A DNA stretch of 64,000 nucleotides from Pristiophorus japonicus (Eukaryota): contig NC_091987.1 of NCBI RefSeq assembly GCF_044704955.1, positions 26,102,001 through 26,166,000 of the forward strand. The letters run 5' to 3'. A model generated the notes under the pieces. That model saw only the letters and a list, made by a program, of their open reading frames with translations. It was not told the origin of the DNA and ran no database searches. Below are positions 25,812 to 40,150 of the stretch, piece by piece. A program made the translations under genes and the position numbers. Position 1 is the stretch's first letter. Each line of letters begins with the position of its first letter.

Positions 25812-26099
25812 ATTTAATGCACGGGCTGCGGCCGCTTCAAAGTTCACTCACACTGGTCATTGCAGAAGACAATCTTGCAATGATAAACTGCTATGAACAG
25901 GACACGACTCCCGACTGCATGCTCCAGCAACCCGCCGGCCAGGGTCTCACGTTGATCGGATAGATTCAGTCGGAGGAACGATTCATTACGAGGAGAATGA
26001 TCAAATCCGCTTCGAAATTACAGGCGTCTGAAACTCTAGCCTGACGCTCCCCAGTGACGCAGCGCAGACACAGCGTGTATTACTGTGCTACGAGTGTCA
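25812..26099 (+). pseudogene. TRBV: TCR V pseudogene, family C
   Basis: AG acceptor; MINC...QQPAGQGLTLIG* with WY deleted; frameshifts; SVYYCATSV; RSS CACAATG-23-TCAGAAACC (26100-26138); leader-like ACG-QIALIVFTLLLSCP-GTAAG at ~24698-24742. Confidence 0.82.
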
Positions 26100-28055
26100 C
26101 ACAATGTTGCAGAGTCGTTGAACGCCCTGTCAGAAACCCCGCCGGCTGGAAAGGTGAAGAATTAAAGAAAGACTTGCATTTCTATAGCGCCTTTTATGAC
26201 TCAGGACCCCATATATTTCCTCTGGCTGGGGAGTCCAGAACCAGGGGGTCACAGTCTCAGAATAAGGTGTAGGTCATTTAGGACTGAGATGAGGAGAAAC
26301 TTCTTAACTCAGAGAGCCGTGCATCTCTGGAATTCTGTACCCCAGAGGGCTATGGAGGCTCAGTCTTTGAGTATATTGAAGACAGAAATCGATAGATCTT
26401 TCGATTTTAATAGAACAAAAGGATATGGGGATCTTACAGGAAAGTGGAGTTGAGGTGGAATATCAGCCATGATCCTATTGAATGGTGGTGAAGGTCTGAG
26501 GGGCCGAATGGCCTACTGCTGCATTTATTTCGAACGTTCTTAAGTCCCGCCGCATTACACACGGGTACGGTAGCATATCTATGTTACTGGACCAGTAACC
26601 CAGAGGCCTGGACTGACGTTCCCGACACGTGAGTTCAAATCCCACCATGGCAGAATTTAAACACTTAATTAAATAAAACTGGAATTATCAAGCTAGTGTC
26701 AGTAATGGTGATCATGAAACTACCTGTTTGTTGTAATGTCCTGCAGGGAAAGAAATCTGCCATCCTCAGCTGGTCTGGCTCACATGTCATTCCAGACCTA
26801 GAGCAATGTGGTTGACTCTGAATTGCCTTGGCAAGCCACTCATTTGCACCAAACCGCTGCAACAAACCCAGCAGTGTGGGAGTACCCTTACAACACGCAC
26901 TACAGCTGTTCAAGAAGGTGGCTGGCTCACCATCACCTTCTCGGGGGCAATGAGGGATGCTCAATAAAAGTTGGAATTGCTAGGGACATCCACATCCTGC
27001 GAAGGAATACATTTTTAAACAGCACGATATGGCAAGTGTGGTTAATTTTGTAATGTAGGAAATACGGCCGCCAATTTGCCCAGGCACAAACTGTGATGAG
27101 GTCATGACCAGATTTATCTATTGTTGTAGTGAAGTTGCTTGAGGGTAAATATTTGCCCAGGTCTCCGGAGAGAATCCCCTGCTCTTCTTGTCCGTGGTAT
27201 CGTTTATATCCATCAGAGAGAGAAGACGGGGTCTCGGTTTAAAATCACGTGCAAAAGAGCCCAGCACTCCCGCTCCAACAATGCAGATCTGTCAGTCTAA
27301 ATTATGTGTTGAAGTTTCTGCAGTGAGGCTACAAACCCACTAACCTCTGTATCAGAAACGACGCGCTATCCATTTAGGCACAGATGAATGTGATAGTTTT
27401 TTTAGAGCGAGAACCCAGATTGCAGTACACATAAGTCACGTGTTCACTAATGTCCTTCAGGGCAATTAATCTGCACCGCCAAACAATGACGTGTGAACAT
27501 TGGCCAATATGTTGATATTAGCTCATCTCTGGTCCTTCAAATAATCAGGATAGACTGCAAACCAATATGCTGGGTATATGGTATTTAATGAGAGTTTAAG
27601 GACGAATGTAACACACTAGTTGCACGGCAGAAACATGCGACAATGACAAGCAGCTGATACCAGTCCAAATTTGATAGGCGGCTCTTCCTCTCGTCTAGAA
27701 CATCCAAGAGTACTAACTAAGGGTCCACTCTCGGAAGATCGTTCAATCAAACCAACACTTGTGTGCCTCTCCCTCGCACCGTCCGTGCTATATAGTTCTC
27801 AATGTCTTTATTCTATTGTCTATTTAGGTGTGCACCTGGGGTAAAACATGAACAGGACTATATAACCTGCAAGGGCTCTTCCAAACCGGGGGACCCAATG
27901 AAATGTCGAATTATTTGTCTCAAATCTTAGCTGAAAAACCCTACCCCTCACATGCCTGCCCTGTTTATACTTTCTGATCGTTTCTCCATTGTAATTTGTC
28001 TTATCTACCTTGTTTGTTACCAACAGTGCAAGAAACGGCCTTGTATCCTCTTAAT

Positions 28056-28812
28056 AAGAACATAAGAACATAAGAAATAGGAGCAGGAGTAGGCCATTTG
28101 CCCCCTCGAGCCTGCTCAGCCATTTAATAAGATCATGGACGATCTGGTCATCCACATCCACATCCCTGCCCGCTCCCCATAACCCTTTACACCCTTAGCA
28201 CTCAAAAATCTGTCTATCTCCGCCTTAAATATATTGATTGACCCAGCCTACACAGTTCTCTGGGGCAAAAATTCCATAGGTTTACAACCCTCTGAGCAAA
28301 GAAATTGCTCCTCATCTCAGTTCTAAATGGGCGTCCCCTTAATTTAAGACTATGTCCCCCAGTTTTAGTTTGCCCTATGAGTGGAAATATCCCCTCTGCA
28401 TCCACCTTGTGTAGGCTTCTTATTATCTTATATGTATCAATACGATCACCTCTCATTCTTCTGAACTCCAATGTGTATTGGACCAACCTACTCAACCTAT
28501 CTTCTTAAGTCAACCCCCTCATCTCCGGAATCAACCTAGTGAACCTTCTCTGAACTGTCTCCAAATCAAGTATATATTTCATTAACTGCAGAGAACAAAA
28601 ATGTACGCAGTACTCCATGTGTGGCCTCACCAATACACTGTACAGCTGTAGCAGGAATGCTCTGCTTTTATACTCTATCCCCCTTGCAATAAAGGCCAGC
28701 ATTCCATTTGCCTTCCTGATTACTTGCTGTATTTGCATACTAACTTTTTGTGTTTCATGCACGAGGACGCCCAGGTCCCTCTGTACTGCAGCATTTTGCA
28801 ATTTTTCTCCAT
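28056..28812 (-). mobile_element. CR1 LINE 3' fragment
   Basis: ORFs 28214..28495 and 28505..28801; AAGAACAT tail. Confidence 0.9.
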
Positions 28813-29436
28813 TTTATAATTTGATGTTCTATTAATCAGGGGGCCGAAGCTAGAGCTGTTTCGCTCAGCCTGTTGTTATCCAAACTATTTCCCTTTCATC
28901 TAACAATTGCCCCATCCTGAGATAGATAATGTAACTCTCCTAAATTCCTTCTATTCCATGCATGTTATACTAATTAAAATTTAATTATCTTTGCAAGCGG
29001 TTCTTTTGACGAATTCCAATCCCTAGCTTACCATTACAACTGCAGCTCACAGGGAATTTAAATTCAATTATTAAATAAAAAATCTGGAATGAAAAAGAGA
29101 GTATGAATAATGATGTCCATGAAACTAACGGATTGTCAGGAAAACCCATCCAGTTATTAATGTCCTTTAGGGAAGGGAATCTGCTGCCCTTATCCGGCCT
29201 AGCAAATGAGACTCCAGACCCACAGCAATGTGGCTGACTTTTAACAGCCCTCTGAAATGGCGTAGCGAGACACTCATTTTTACTAAAACGTGACAACAAA
29301 GTCAGCACCGTGTGAGTACCTTCACGATATGAATTTCAGTAGTTCAGCGGCTCACCACCACGTTCTCAAGGGAAATTCGGGATGGGAAATACATGCCGGC
29401 CTTGCCAGTGAGGTCCACATTGGGAGAATTAGTAAA

Positions 29437-31955
29437 TCATAGAGTTATGGAATGATAGAAATTTACAGCATGGACGGAGGCTATTTCAGCCCATCGTGTT
29501 TACGCCCACCGACCAACAACTATTCATTCTAATCCCACTTTCGAGCTCTTGGTTCATAGCCCTGTAGGTTGTGGCACTTTAATTGCACATCCAAGTATCT
29601 CTAAAATGTGGTGAGGGTTTCTTCCTCTATCACTCTTTCAGGCAGTGAGTTCCAGACCCCACCATCCTCTGCGTAAATAATATTTCCCTCATATCTCCTC
29701 TATACATCACCCCAATTACTTTAAATCTATGCCCCCTGTTTGTTGACCCCTCTGCCAAAGGAAATAGCTCTCCCTATCCACTCTTCCAGGCCCTTCATAA
29801 TTTTATACACCTCAATCAGCCTCCTGTGTTCCAAAGAAAACAGATCCTGCATGTCCAACCTTTTCTCATAGACACAATTATTCAGTCCAGCCAATAGCCT
29901 TGCTCAAAATCTCTTCTGCTCTCTTTCTAATGCAATCATATATTTCCTGTAAAGTGGTGACTAGAACTGCATGTAGTACTCCAGCTGCGGCCTAATGAGT
30001 CGGTTGTCCACTTCAAGCAAAAATGTCCTTATTCTTGTTTTCCATGTTTCGACTAATAAAGGCAAGTATTCCATATGCCTTCTTAACCACCTTATCCAGC
30101 TGGCCTGCTATCTTTACGGGCCTGTGAACCTGCACTCTAAGGTACATTTGTTCCTCTACACTTTTCAGTATCGTGCCATTTAATGTGCATTCCCTTTCCT
30201 TACTAGAGCCCCCCCCCTCCCCTAAATGTATTACCACACATTTATCCGGGTTGAATTCCATTTGCCACTGTTCTTCCCACATGACTAGTACATTGCTATC
30301 TTCCTGCAATCCACAGTTTTCTTCTTCATTATCAACCACATAGCCTAATTTTAGTGTCATCTGCAAACTTCTATAATCAAGCACCCAACATTCAAGTTAA
30401 ACTCATTGATTATATACCACCGAAAAAGGAAACTAGTATTGAGCAATGCGGAACCCATCTGGAACCAGCCTTCTAGTCAATAAACACCCATCAACCATTA
30501 CCCTTTGCTTCCTGCCTCTGAGCCAATTTTGGATCCAACTTGCCACTTTGCCCTGGATCCCATGGGCTATTACTGTTGTGACCATCTGCCTTATGGGACC
30601 TTATCAAAAGCTTTGCTAAAATCCACATACACTACATCATATGCACTGCCCGCAGCGATACCCCTGGTTACCTTGTCGAAAAGTTCAATAAAGTTAGTAA
30701 GACACGACTTCCCCTTAACAAATCTCTGCTGACTGTGCTTGATTAATCCATGTTTTTCCAAATAACGATTTAACCTATCCCTCAAGATATGTTCATGTAG
30801 TTTTCCCACCATTGAGGTCAGGCTGACTGGCAGTCCTCCAGCCCACTGGCAGCACACCTGTAGTCAGAGAGGACAGTAAAATGATGGTCAGAGCCTCTGC
30901 TATTTCCCCTTTTGCATCTCTTAACAGCCTGGGTTACATTTATTCATGGCCTGTGGATTTATCCACTTTCAAAACTGCTAAGCCCCTTAATACTTCCTCT
31001 GTAACTATGTTTATCTCGTCTAATATTTCACACTCCTCCTCCCTCGATGCAAAGTTTGCATCGCCACTCTCTTTTGTGAAAAAAGATGCAAGGTATTCAT
31101 TAAGAATCATAACCACGTCTTCTGCCTCCACACACATACTTCCTTCTTGGTCTCTAAAAGGCTCCAGTCTTTCTCTAGTTTTCCTCTTGCTCTTAATGTA
31201 TTTATAAAATATCTTTGGGGTTTCCCTGATTTTACTTGCCATCTTTGCTTTCCTGATATCTTTTTTTAATTGCGTCTCTGCACTTTTTATACTCCTCTGG
31301 AATTTCTGCAGTATTGAGTTCTTGGTATCTGTCATAAACTTCCTTTTATAACTTGTTTTACCCTGTATGGCCCTTGACATCCAGCGGGCTCTAGATTTGT
31401 TAGTCCCACGCTTTTTCTTTATGGGAACTTGCTTGATCTGTACCCTCAGGATCTCCTCCTTGAATGCCTTCCACTGCTCTAACACTGATTTACCATCAAG
31501 TAGCAGTTTCCAGTACAGCTTTGGCCAAATCCTATCTGAGCTCAGCAAAATTGGGTTTAACCCAATTGAGAAATTAATTCCTGCTCTACGTTTGTCTTTT
31601 TCCATTACTACCCTAAGTGTTGTTGAATTATGATCACTCGCACAAAAATGGTCTCCCACTGATACCCCTACCACCTGCCCCTCTGACATCCCCAAAACCA
31701 GGTCCAGAACCGCCCACTGCCTTGTTGGGCTTGTTACATACTAGTTAAAGAAGTTCTCCTGAATGCATTTTAGGAATTCCGCACCCTCTGTTTTTTCCAA
31801 CTTAATATTAGGGTAGTTGAAATCCCCCACTATTACAGCCCTACAACTTTTGCACTTCGCAGCAATTTGCCCAAATAGTTGTTCTTCTATCTCGCTCTGA
31901 CTTTTTGGGGGTCTATAGTACACTGCCAGCAGTGTGACCACCCCGTTTCTGTTTT
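29437..31955 (-). mobile_element. Decayed CR1 LINE ORF2 (EN-RT)
   Basis: YRPP, GDFN, SDHN endonuclease motifs; DFSKAFDKVP RT motif. Confidence 0.9.
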
Positions 31956-32207
31956 TCGGGCAACCATGAATCTAAAACAAAATCCCATACGTCAAGGTTA
32001 ACTTTGAATGAATTAAGGATGGGCAATCATGTTTACGACAGGTGTGTTACACAGATGATTTGGTCATTCATTTCATTGCTCTTTTGGGGGCTTTCTGAAT
32101 GTTCAGAATTTTAGTTGTGCGAAACCAGCGCCAGCGGAGGGAGCTCTGATGCAACAAAGACAGCATCTGGTGAGCGCGCCATCATGGAATAATTAAATAA
32201 GTCGCAT

Positions 32208-32765
32208 TCCTGGCTGTCCTCACACATTCTACCCTACGTAAACTTCAGGTCATCCAAAACTCGGCTGTCCATGTCCTACCTCGCACCAAGTCGCACTCAC
32301 CCATCACCCCCTGTGCTCGCTGACCTACAATGGTTCCCGGTTAAGCAGCACCTAGATTTCAAAATTCTCATCGTTGTTTACAAATCACTCCATGACCCTT
32401 GCCCCTCCCTATCTCTGTAATCTCCTTCAGCCTCACAATCCCCCGAGATGCCTGCGCTGCTCTAAATCCGCCCTCTTGAGATTGTCTGATTTCAATCGCT
32501 CAATCATTGGTTGACGTGCCTTCTGTGGCCTGTCCTCCAAGCTCTGGAATTCGATGCCTAAACCTCTCCGCCTATCTACCTCTCGTTGCTCCTTCGAGAC
32601 GCTCCTTAAAACCTACCTCTTTGATGAAGATGTTGATCATCTGCGCTAATTTCTGCGTATTTGGCTTGGTGTCAAATCACTTATCTTATAACGGTGCTGT
32701 GAAGCGCCTTTTCATGTTTTGCTATGTTAAGGGCGCTATATAAATACAATTTGTGATTGTTGTTG
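32208..32765 (+). mobile_element. L2-like LINE 3' fragment
   Basis: LQVIQNSAVHVL...SPITP...LADLQWFPVKQHLDFKIL; GCGCTATATAAAT...TTGTTG tail. Confidence 0.75.
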
Positions 32766-32844
32766 TTACATAGTTGATTTTCGGAAAACTTCAGGTACAG
32801 TCAAAGATTTCGAACCACTGCCTAATGCTGGGCAACATAAATCA

Positions 32845-33570
32845 AAGCGTACGATACTAAAGGTGGTGCAGGAACGGATAGATCTGGGTGTTTGTGTGCA
32901 CAAGTCATTGAAGGAGGCAAGGCAGATTAAGAAAACCGTTAGTAATGCATATGGGGCACTGCGTTTCATAAATAGAGACATAGAGCACAAAAGCAAGGAA
33001 TTGATGATGAACATTTATAAAACATTGCTTCGGCCTCTACTGGAGTATTGTGTCTGCTTCTGTGCACCGCACTACAGGAAGGATGTGAAGGCCTTAGAAA
33101 GGGTGCAAAAAACATTGATAAGAATGATTCCAGGGATGAGGGACTTTAGTTAACTGGAGAGAATGGAGAAGCTGGAGGTGTTCTCTTGAGAGCAGAGAAG
33201 GTTGAGAGGAGATTTGGTCAAGGTGTTCAAAACCATGAGGGGTCTGGACAGAGTAGATAGAGAGAAACTGTTCACATTGGGAGAAGAATCGAGAACCAGA
33301 GGAAATAGATTTAAGGTGACTGGCAAATGAACCAAAGGCGATGGAAGAAAAAACTTTTTACGCAGCGAGTGGTTAGGATCTGGAATGCAGAGCCTGAGAG
33401 GATGCTGGAAGTAGATTCAATCGCGGCTTTCAAAAGGGAAGTGGATAAGTATCTGAAGGACAAAACGACAGAGTGACCTGGAAAGGGCAGGGGAGTGGTT
33501 CTGACAGAGTGTCGACACGGGCTGACACTCTGTCAGACCCACTGTGCTGTAGCGATTCTATGATTCTATG
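32845..33570 (+). mobile_element. CR1 LINE 3' fragment
   Basis: ORF 32863..33153. Confidence 0.85.
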
Positions 33571-34842
33571 CAACAACAAGTTGCACTTATGTAACGCCCT
33601 CAACATAGTAAACGGACTCTCATGCAGAACTTAAAATTGCAAGGAGCCATAGCATTCCATTAAAGTCCAGATTACATAGAATTGTATAGAATTTACAGCA
33701 CAAAAACAGGCTTCCGGCCCAAATGGCGTTTATGCTCCACATGGGTTACTCCCACCTTACTCCATCTCACCCTATCAGCATTACCTTCCATGCCTTTCTC
33801 CTTCAGGCACACAGTTAGTTTCCCCAGAAAGGCGTATAATATGCGGTAGCACAGTGGTTATGTTACTGGACTGGTAATCCAGAGGACCCCGACTAAGAAG
33901 ACAAATAGACATGATTTCAAATCTTGCCATCAATAAAGCTGGAAATAAAGACTATCATCAGTACTATCGGGAAACCCATTAAGTGCACCAATGTCCTTTA
34001 GGGAAGCAAATCTGCCATCTTTTCCTGGTATAACTTATATATGACTCCAGATTCACAGCAATGTGGCTGATTCTCAACTGCCCCATGAAATACTCTAACA
34101 AGCCACTCAGTTGTATAAGGTGGCTCACCACTACCACGTTATCAAGGGCAATTAGGGAAGGACAATAAATGCTGGTCTCGGCAGCGATGCCCACATCCCT
34201 TGAATGAATTTTTAAAAATCCTTTTATCACCTTAAGCAGCTCAAGCTTTCTTTTACGAAACTTAGGTGAAGGTTCAAGGGCTTTCGGGCAGAACAGCGCT
34301 TGTATCAAAAAATATGACGAAATGTGAGATAAATTAAGATTTTTTTTCTTATTATTCAATCTCGAGTTGAGGCCTGTCCAGAATGTCCCCTTGGGCTGGT
34401 GGTGGTGAGTCGCCTTGTCTTGAACTGCTGCAGTCCATGTGCTGAAGGTGCTCCCACAGTGCTCTTTGGCAGGGAGTTCAAGGATTTTGTCCCAGTCTCC
34501 ATGAACGAACTGCTGAATTATGTCCCAGTTGGGATGGAGTGTGAGTATGACTTGGAGGAGATGGTGTTTCCATTGGTATTAGATCTTATCACTGATATTT
34601 AAAGCTCGGCGAACCTCACAGTACACGTCACCACTGGACCAAAGCAGTGTGAATTAATGCATTTGGGGAGGGGCCACAAGAAAAGGATATGCACAGTGAA
34701 CGGGTGGATACTGAGAGGGGTGGAGGAACAGAGGGACCTTTGAGTGTATGTCCACAAATCCTTAAATGTAGCAGGTCAGTTGTATAATGGAGTTAAAAAA
34801 CAATGTGGAATGCTATGCTTTATTGGCCGGGGAATAGAATAT

Positions 34843-37800
34843 GACCCCCGGAAGACAAAGGTCCTCTACCATCTTGCCCCCGCCCCAGAGCACTGCCCCC
34901 CTATTATCAAAATCCATGACGAGGCCATGGACCAAGGGGTAGCATGTTCCATGCCTCTCGAGCCTATTGTCCACAACGGCAGACATCGACCACAAGGTCC
35001 AACACCCCTTTCAGTGTGGCGATGCAGCCTACGGTCGCCCGAGTGAGAGAATGTTTGATGACCAGTATCTCAAACCCAGTACCACACTCATCGTCTACAG
35101 AGCCCCCCTTTATGGGTCAGAGACTCTGGAGAAGTACCACCAATGCTGCCTCTGGAAGATCCTGCAAATCCATTGGCAGGATAAGTGCACCAAAGTCAAT
35201 GTTCTCGCTCAGGCCAACATCCCAGCATCCAAGCATCCAAGCATAGATCATGCTCATCAGCTCCATTGGAAGGGCCACATCATCTGCATGCCCGATACAT
35301 GACTTCCAAAACTTGCACTCTACTTGGAGCTCCAACATGGCAAGCGTGCCTAAGGTGGGCAGAGGAAATGCTTCAAGGTAGCCCTCAAAGCCTCCTTGAA
35401 ATAGTGCAACATCCTCATCAACACGTGAGAATTCGTGATCCAAGACCGCTAAATTCGAGGAAAAGCATCCGGGAAGGCGCTGAGTCCGAGAGGCGGGAGT
35501 TCCTGGCGTTGGTGAGGCCTATGAAGGCCCAGCGGCAGCGAGAGGCGGCGGCAGTCCGAAAGGCGGGAGTGCGTGGCGTTGGTAATGGCCTTTCAAGGCT
35601 CAGCGGCAGCGAGAGGCGGCGGCAGTCCGAGAGGCGGGTGTTCGTGGCGTTGGTGAGGTCTATAAAGGCCCAGCAGCAGCGAGAAGCGAAGGCAGTCCGA
35701 GAGGCGGGAGTGCATGGTGTCGGACGGCCTATAAAGGCCCAGCTTGTACAGCTGCAGCGGGGAGAGAAGGCAAAAAAGAAGTAGAAAGAAATCAAAAGGT
35801 GATGTCACAGCCAAGGTGGTAAGTGATTGGCTGGTGATTGGTGAGTAGCTTTTCTTTTTCTTTTTTATATCAGTAAGTAACCTGTTAACATTGTTGTTGT
35901 CAATTTAAGTGTACCTAAGGGTTAAGTCATGGCAGGAGAGCTCGGTCACGTGATATGCTCCTCCTGTACCATGTGGGAACTCAGGGACACTGATGACTAC
36001 GTGTGCGAGAAGTGTATCCGCCTCCAGCTCCTTACGGACCGCGTTGCGGAGGTGGAGCTGAGGGTGGATTCACTCTGGAGCATCCACGATGCTGAGAATG
36101 ACGTGAGCAGCATGTGTAGCGAGTTGGTCTTACCACAGGTGAAGGGTCCACAGCCAACTAGGGAATGGAAGACCAGCAGGAAAAGCAATGCAAGGGAGGT
36201 ACTGCAGGGGTCCCCTGCGGTCATCCCCCTGCAAAACAGATACACTGCTTTGAGTACTGTTGAGGGGGATGACTCATCCGAGGAGGGCAGCAGCAGCCAA
36301 GTTCATGGCACCGTGGCTGGCTCTGTTGCACAGGAGGGCAGGAAAAAGAGTGGGAGAGCAATAGTGATAGGGGATTCAATTGTAAGGGGAATAGATAGGC
36401 GTTTCTGCGGCCGCAACCGAGACTCCAGGATGGTATGTTGCCTCCCTGGTGCAAGGGTCAAGGATGTCTCGGAGCGGGTGCAGGACATTCTAAAAAGGGA
36501 GGGAGAACAGCCAGTTGTCATGGTGCACATTGCTACCAACAACATAGGTAAAAAATAGGGATGAGGTCCTACGAGACGAATTTAAGGAGCTAGGAGCTAA
36601 ATTAAAATGTAGGATCTCAAAAGTAGTAATATCAGGATTGCTAGCAGTGCCACGTGCTAGTCAGAGTAGAAATCGCAGGATAGCGCAGATGAATACGTGG
36701 CTTGAGCAGTGGTGCAGCAGGGATGGATTCAAATTCCTGGGGCATTGCAACCGGTTCTGGGGGAGTTGGGACGAGTACAAACCGGACGGTCTGCACCTGG
36801 GCAGGACCGGAACCAATGTCCTAGGGGGAGTGTTTGCTAGTGCTGTTGGGGAGGAGTTAAACTAATATGGCAGGGGGATGGGAACCAATGCAGGGAGACA
36901 GAGGGAAACAAAAAGGAGACAAAAGCAAAAGACAGAAGGAGATGAGTAAAAGTGGAGGGCAGAGAAACCCAAGGCAATAAACAAAAAGGGCCACTGAATA
37001 AAAGGGGCTGCAGAAGGGGTCAAAACTAAATATCATGGTTTAAAAACTAGGATTAAAACACTCTACCTAAATGCACACAGCATTTGAAATAAAGTAAATG
37101 AGTTGGCGGCACAAATCATTACAAATGTGTATGATTTGGTGGCCATTACAGAAACATGGTTGCAGAGTGGCCAATACTGGAATTAAACATACAGGGGTAT
37201 CTGACGATTCAGAAAGATAGACAAGAAGGGAAAGGAGGTGGGGTAGCTCTGTTAATAAAGGATGATATCAGGGCAGTTGTGAGAGACGATATTGGCTCTA
37301 ATGAACAAAATGTTGAATCATTGTGGGTGGAGATTAGAGATAGTAAGGGGAAAAAGTCACTGTTGGGCGTAGTTTATAGGCCCCCAAATAATAACTTCAC
37401 CGTGGGGCGGGCAATAATCAAGGAAATAATGGAGGCATGTGAAAAAGGAAAGGCAGTAGTCACGGGAGATTTTAACCTACATATCGATTGGTGAACTCAA
37501 ATCGCACGGGGTAGCCTGGAGGAGGAATTCATAGAATGCATACGGGATTGTTTCTTAGAACAATATGTAACAGAACCTACAAGGGAGCAAGCTATCTTAG
37601 ATCTGGTCCTGTGTAATGAGATAGGAAAAATAAACGATCTCCTAGTAAAAGATCCTCTCGGAATGAGTGATCACAGTATGGTTGAATTTATAATACAGAT
37701 TGAGAGTGAGGAAGTTGTGTCAGAAACGAGGGTACTATGCTTAAACAAAGGGGACTACAGTGGGATGAGGGCAGAGTTGGCTAAAGTAGACTGGAAACAC

Positions 37801-40150
37801 AGACTAAACGGTGGCACAATTGGGAACAGTGCAGGACTTTTAAGGAGCTCTTTCATCGTGCGCAACAAAAATATATTGCAGTGAAAAAGAAGGGCGGTAT
37901 GAGAAGGGATAACCAGCCGTGGATAACCAAGGAAATAAAGGAGAGTATCAAATCAAAGACCAATGCATATAAGGTGGCCAAGTTTAGTGGGAAACTAGAG
38001 GATTGGGAAAATTTTAAACAACAGCAAAGAATGGCTAAAAAAGCTTTTAAGAAAGGAAAGATAGATTTCAAAGGTAAACTTGTGCAAAACATAAAAACAG
38101 ATAGTAAAAGCTTTTACAGATATATAAAACGGAAAAGAGTGACTGAAGTAAATGTTGGTCCCTTAGAAGATGAGAAGGGGAAATGTGGAAATGGCTGAGA
38201 CCTTAAACAATTATTTTGCTGCGGTCTTCACAGTGGAAGACAGAAAAACCATGCCAAAAATTGCTGGTCACGGGAATGTGGGAAGGGAGGACCTTGAGAC
38301 AATCACTATCACTAGGGGGGTAGTGCTGGACAGTCTAATGGGACTCAAGGTAGACAAGTTCCCTGGTCCTGATGAAATGCATTCCAGGGTATTAAAAGAG
38401 ATGGCGCAAGTTATAGCAGATGCATTCGTTATAATCTACCAAAATTCTCTGGACTCTGGGGAGGTGCCAGCGGATTGGAAAGCAGCTAATGTAACGCCTC
38501 TGTTTAAAAAAGGGGGCAGACAAAAGGGAGGTAACTATAGGCTGGTTAGTTTAACATCTGTAGTGGGGAAAATATCATTAAGGATGAAATAGCGGGACAT
38601 CTAGATAGGAATAGTGCAATCACGCAGACGCAGCATGGATTCATGAAGGCGAAATCATGTTTAACTAATTTACTGGAATTCTTTGAGGATATAACGAGCA
38701 TGGTGGGTCGAGGTGTACCGATGGATGTGGTGTATTTAGATTTCCAAAAGGCATTCGATAAGGTGCCACACAAGAGGTTACTGCAGAAGATAGAGGTATG
38801 CGGACTCAGAGGAAATGTATTAGCATGGATAGAGAATTGGCTGGCGAACAGAAAGCAGAGGGTCGGGATAAATGCGTCCTTTTCGGGTTGGAAATCGGTG
38901 GTTAGTAGTGTGCCACAGGGATTGGTGCTGGGACCACAACTGTTTACAATATACATAGATGACCTGGAAGAAGGGACAGAGTGTCGTATAACAAAATTTC
39001 CAGATGACACTAAGATTAGTGGGAAAGCGGGTTGTGACACAGAGAGGCTGCAAATAGATTTGGATAGGTTAAGCGAATGGGCAAAGGTTTGGCAGATGGA
39101 ATACAATGTTGGAAAGTGTGAGGTCATCCACCTTGGAAAAAAACACAGTAAAAGGGAATATTATTTGAATGGGGAGAAATTACAACATGCTGCGGTGCAG
39201 AGGGACCTGTGGTCCTTGTGCATGTATTCCAAAAAGTTAGTTTGCAGGTGCAGCAGGTAATCAGGAAGGCGAATGGAATGTTGGCCTTCATTGCGAGAGG
39301 GATGGAGTACAAAAGCAGGGAGGTCCTGCTGCAACTGAATAGGGTATTGGTAAGGCCGCACCTGGAGTACTGCGTGCAGTTTTGGTCAGCTTACTTAAGG
39401 AAGGATATACTGGCTTTGGAGCGGGTACAGAGACGATTCACTACGCTGATGCCGGAGATGAGGGGGTTACCTTATGATGATAGATTGAGTAGACTGGGTC
39501 TTTACCCGTTGGAGTTCAGAAGGATGAGGTGTGATCTTATAGAAACATTTAAAATCATGAAAGGGATAGACAAGATAGAGGCAGAGAGGTTGTTTCCACT
39601 GGTCGGGGAGACTAGAACTAGGGGGCACAGCCTCAAAATACGGAGGAGCCAATTTCAAACAGACTTGAGAAGGAATCTCTTCTCCCAGAGGGTTGTGAAT
39701 CTGTGGAATTCTCTGCCCAAGGAAGCAGTTGAGGCTAGCTCATTGAATGTATTCAAGTCACACATAGATAGATTTTTAACCAATAAGGGAATTAAGGGTT
39801 ACGGGGAGAGGGCGGGTAGGTGGAGCTGAGTCCACGGCCAGATCAGCCATGATCTTATTGAATGGCGGAGCAGGCTCGAGGGGCTAGATGGCCTAATCCT
39901 GTTCCTAATTCTTATGTTCTTATGAACACCTCAAGTCTCTTGTCAGGAGCACAGGCAAGCGAAGCACAAACAACGGAAGGTGTGTACGACAACCCAAGCA
40001 CCCCACCCACCCATCACTTCAACCACGCTTGCCCCACCTGTGACAGAGACTCTATGTCCCGCATTGGAATCTTCAGTCACCTGAGAACTCCTTTTTTTGT
40101 GGAAGCAAGTCATCCTCTACCCCGAGATACTGCCTAAAAGAAGAGAAGAA
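34843..40150 (+). mobile_element. RTE-clade LINE 3' part (34843-35480 and 39924-40150)
   Basis: LYGSET...WKILQIHWQD...LHWKGHI...GGQRK motifs; C-terminal CPTCDR...FSHLRT zinc finger; AAG-rich tail. Confidence 0.8.
35481..39923 (+). mobile_element. Near full-length CR1 LINE (5'UTR tandem repeats, ORF1 with zinc finger and SGNH esterase-like domain, disrupted ORF2 EN-RT)
   Basis: ORF1 from 35929 (CSSC...CEKC, IGDSIVRG, DGLHL); ORF2 pieces 37156-39829; TTCTTATG tail. Confidence 0.93.

Noticed and set aside
27640-27720. Minus-strand VLLDVLDE resembling a NACHT Walker B
   Set aside because: No Walker A or other NACHT motifs nearby
34255-34295. Plus-strand LGEGSR resembling a methyltransferase GxGxG motif
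   Set aside because: Opposite strand and out of order relative to the other candidate L motifs; treated as coincidence
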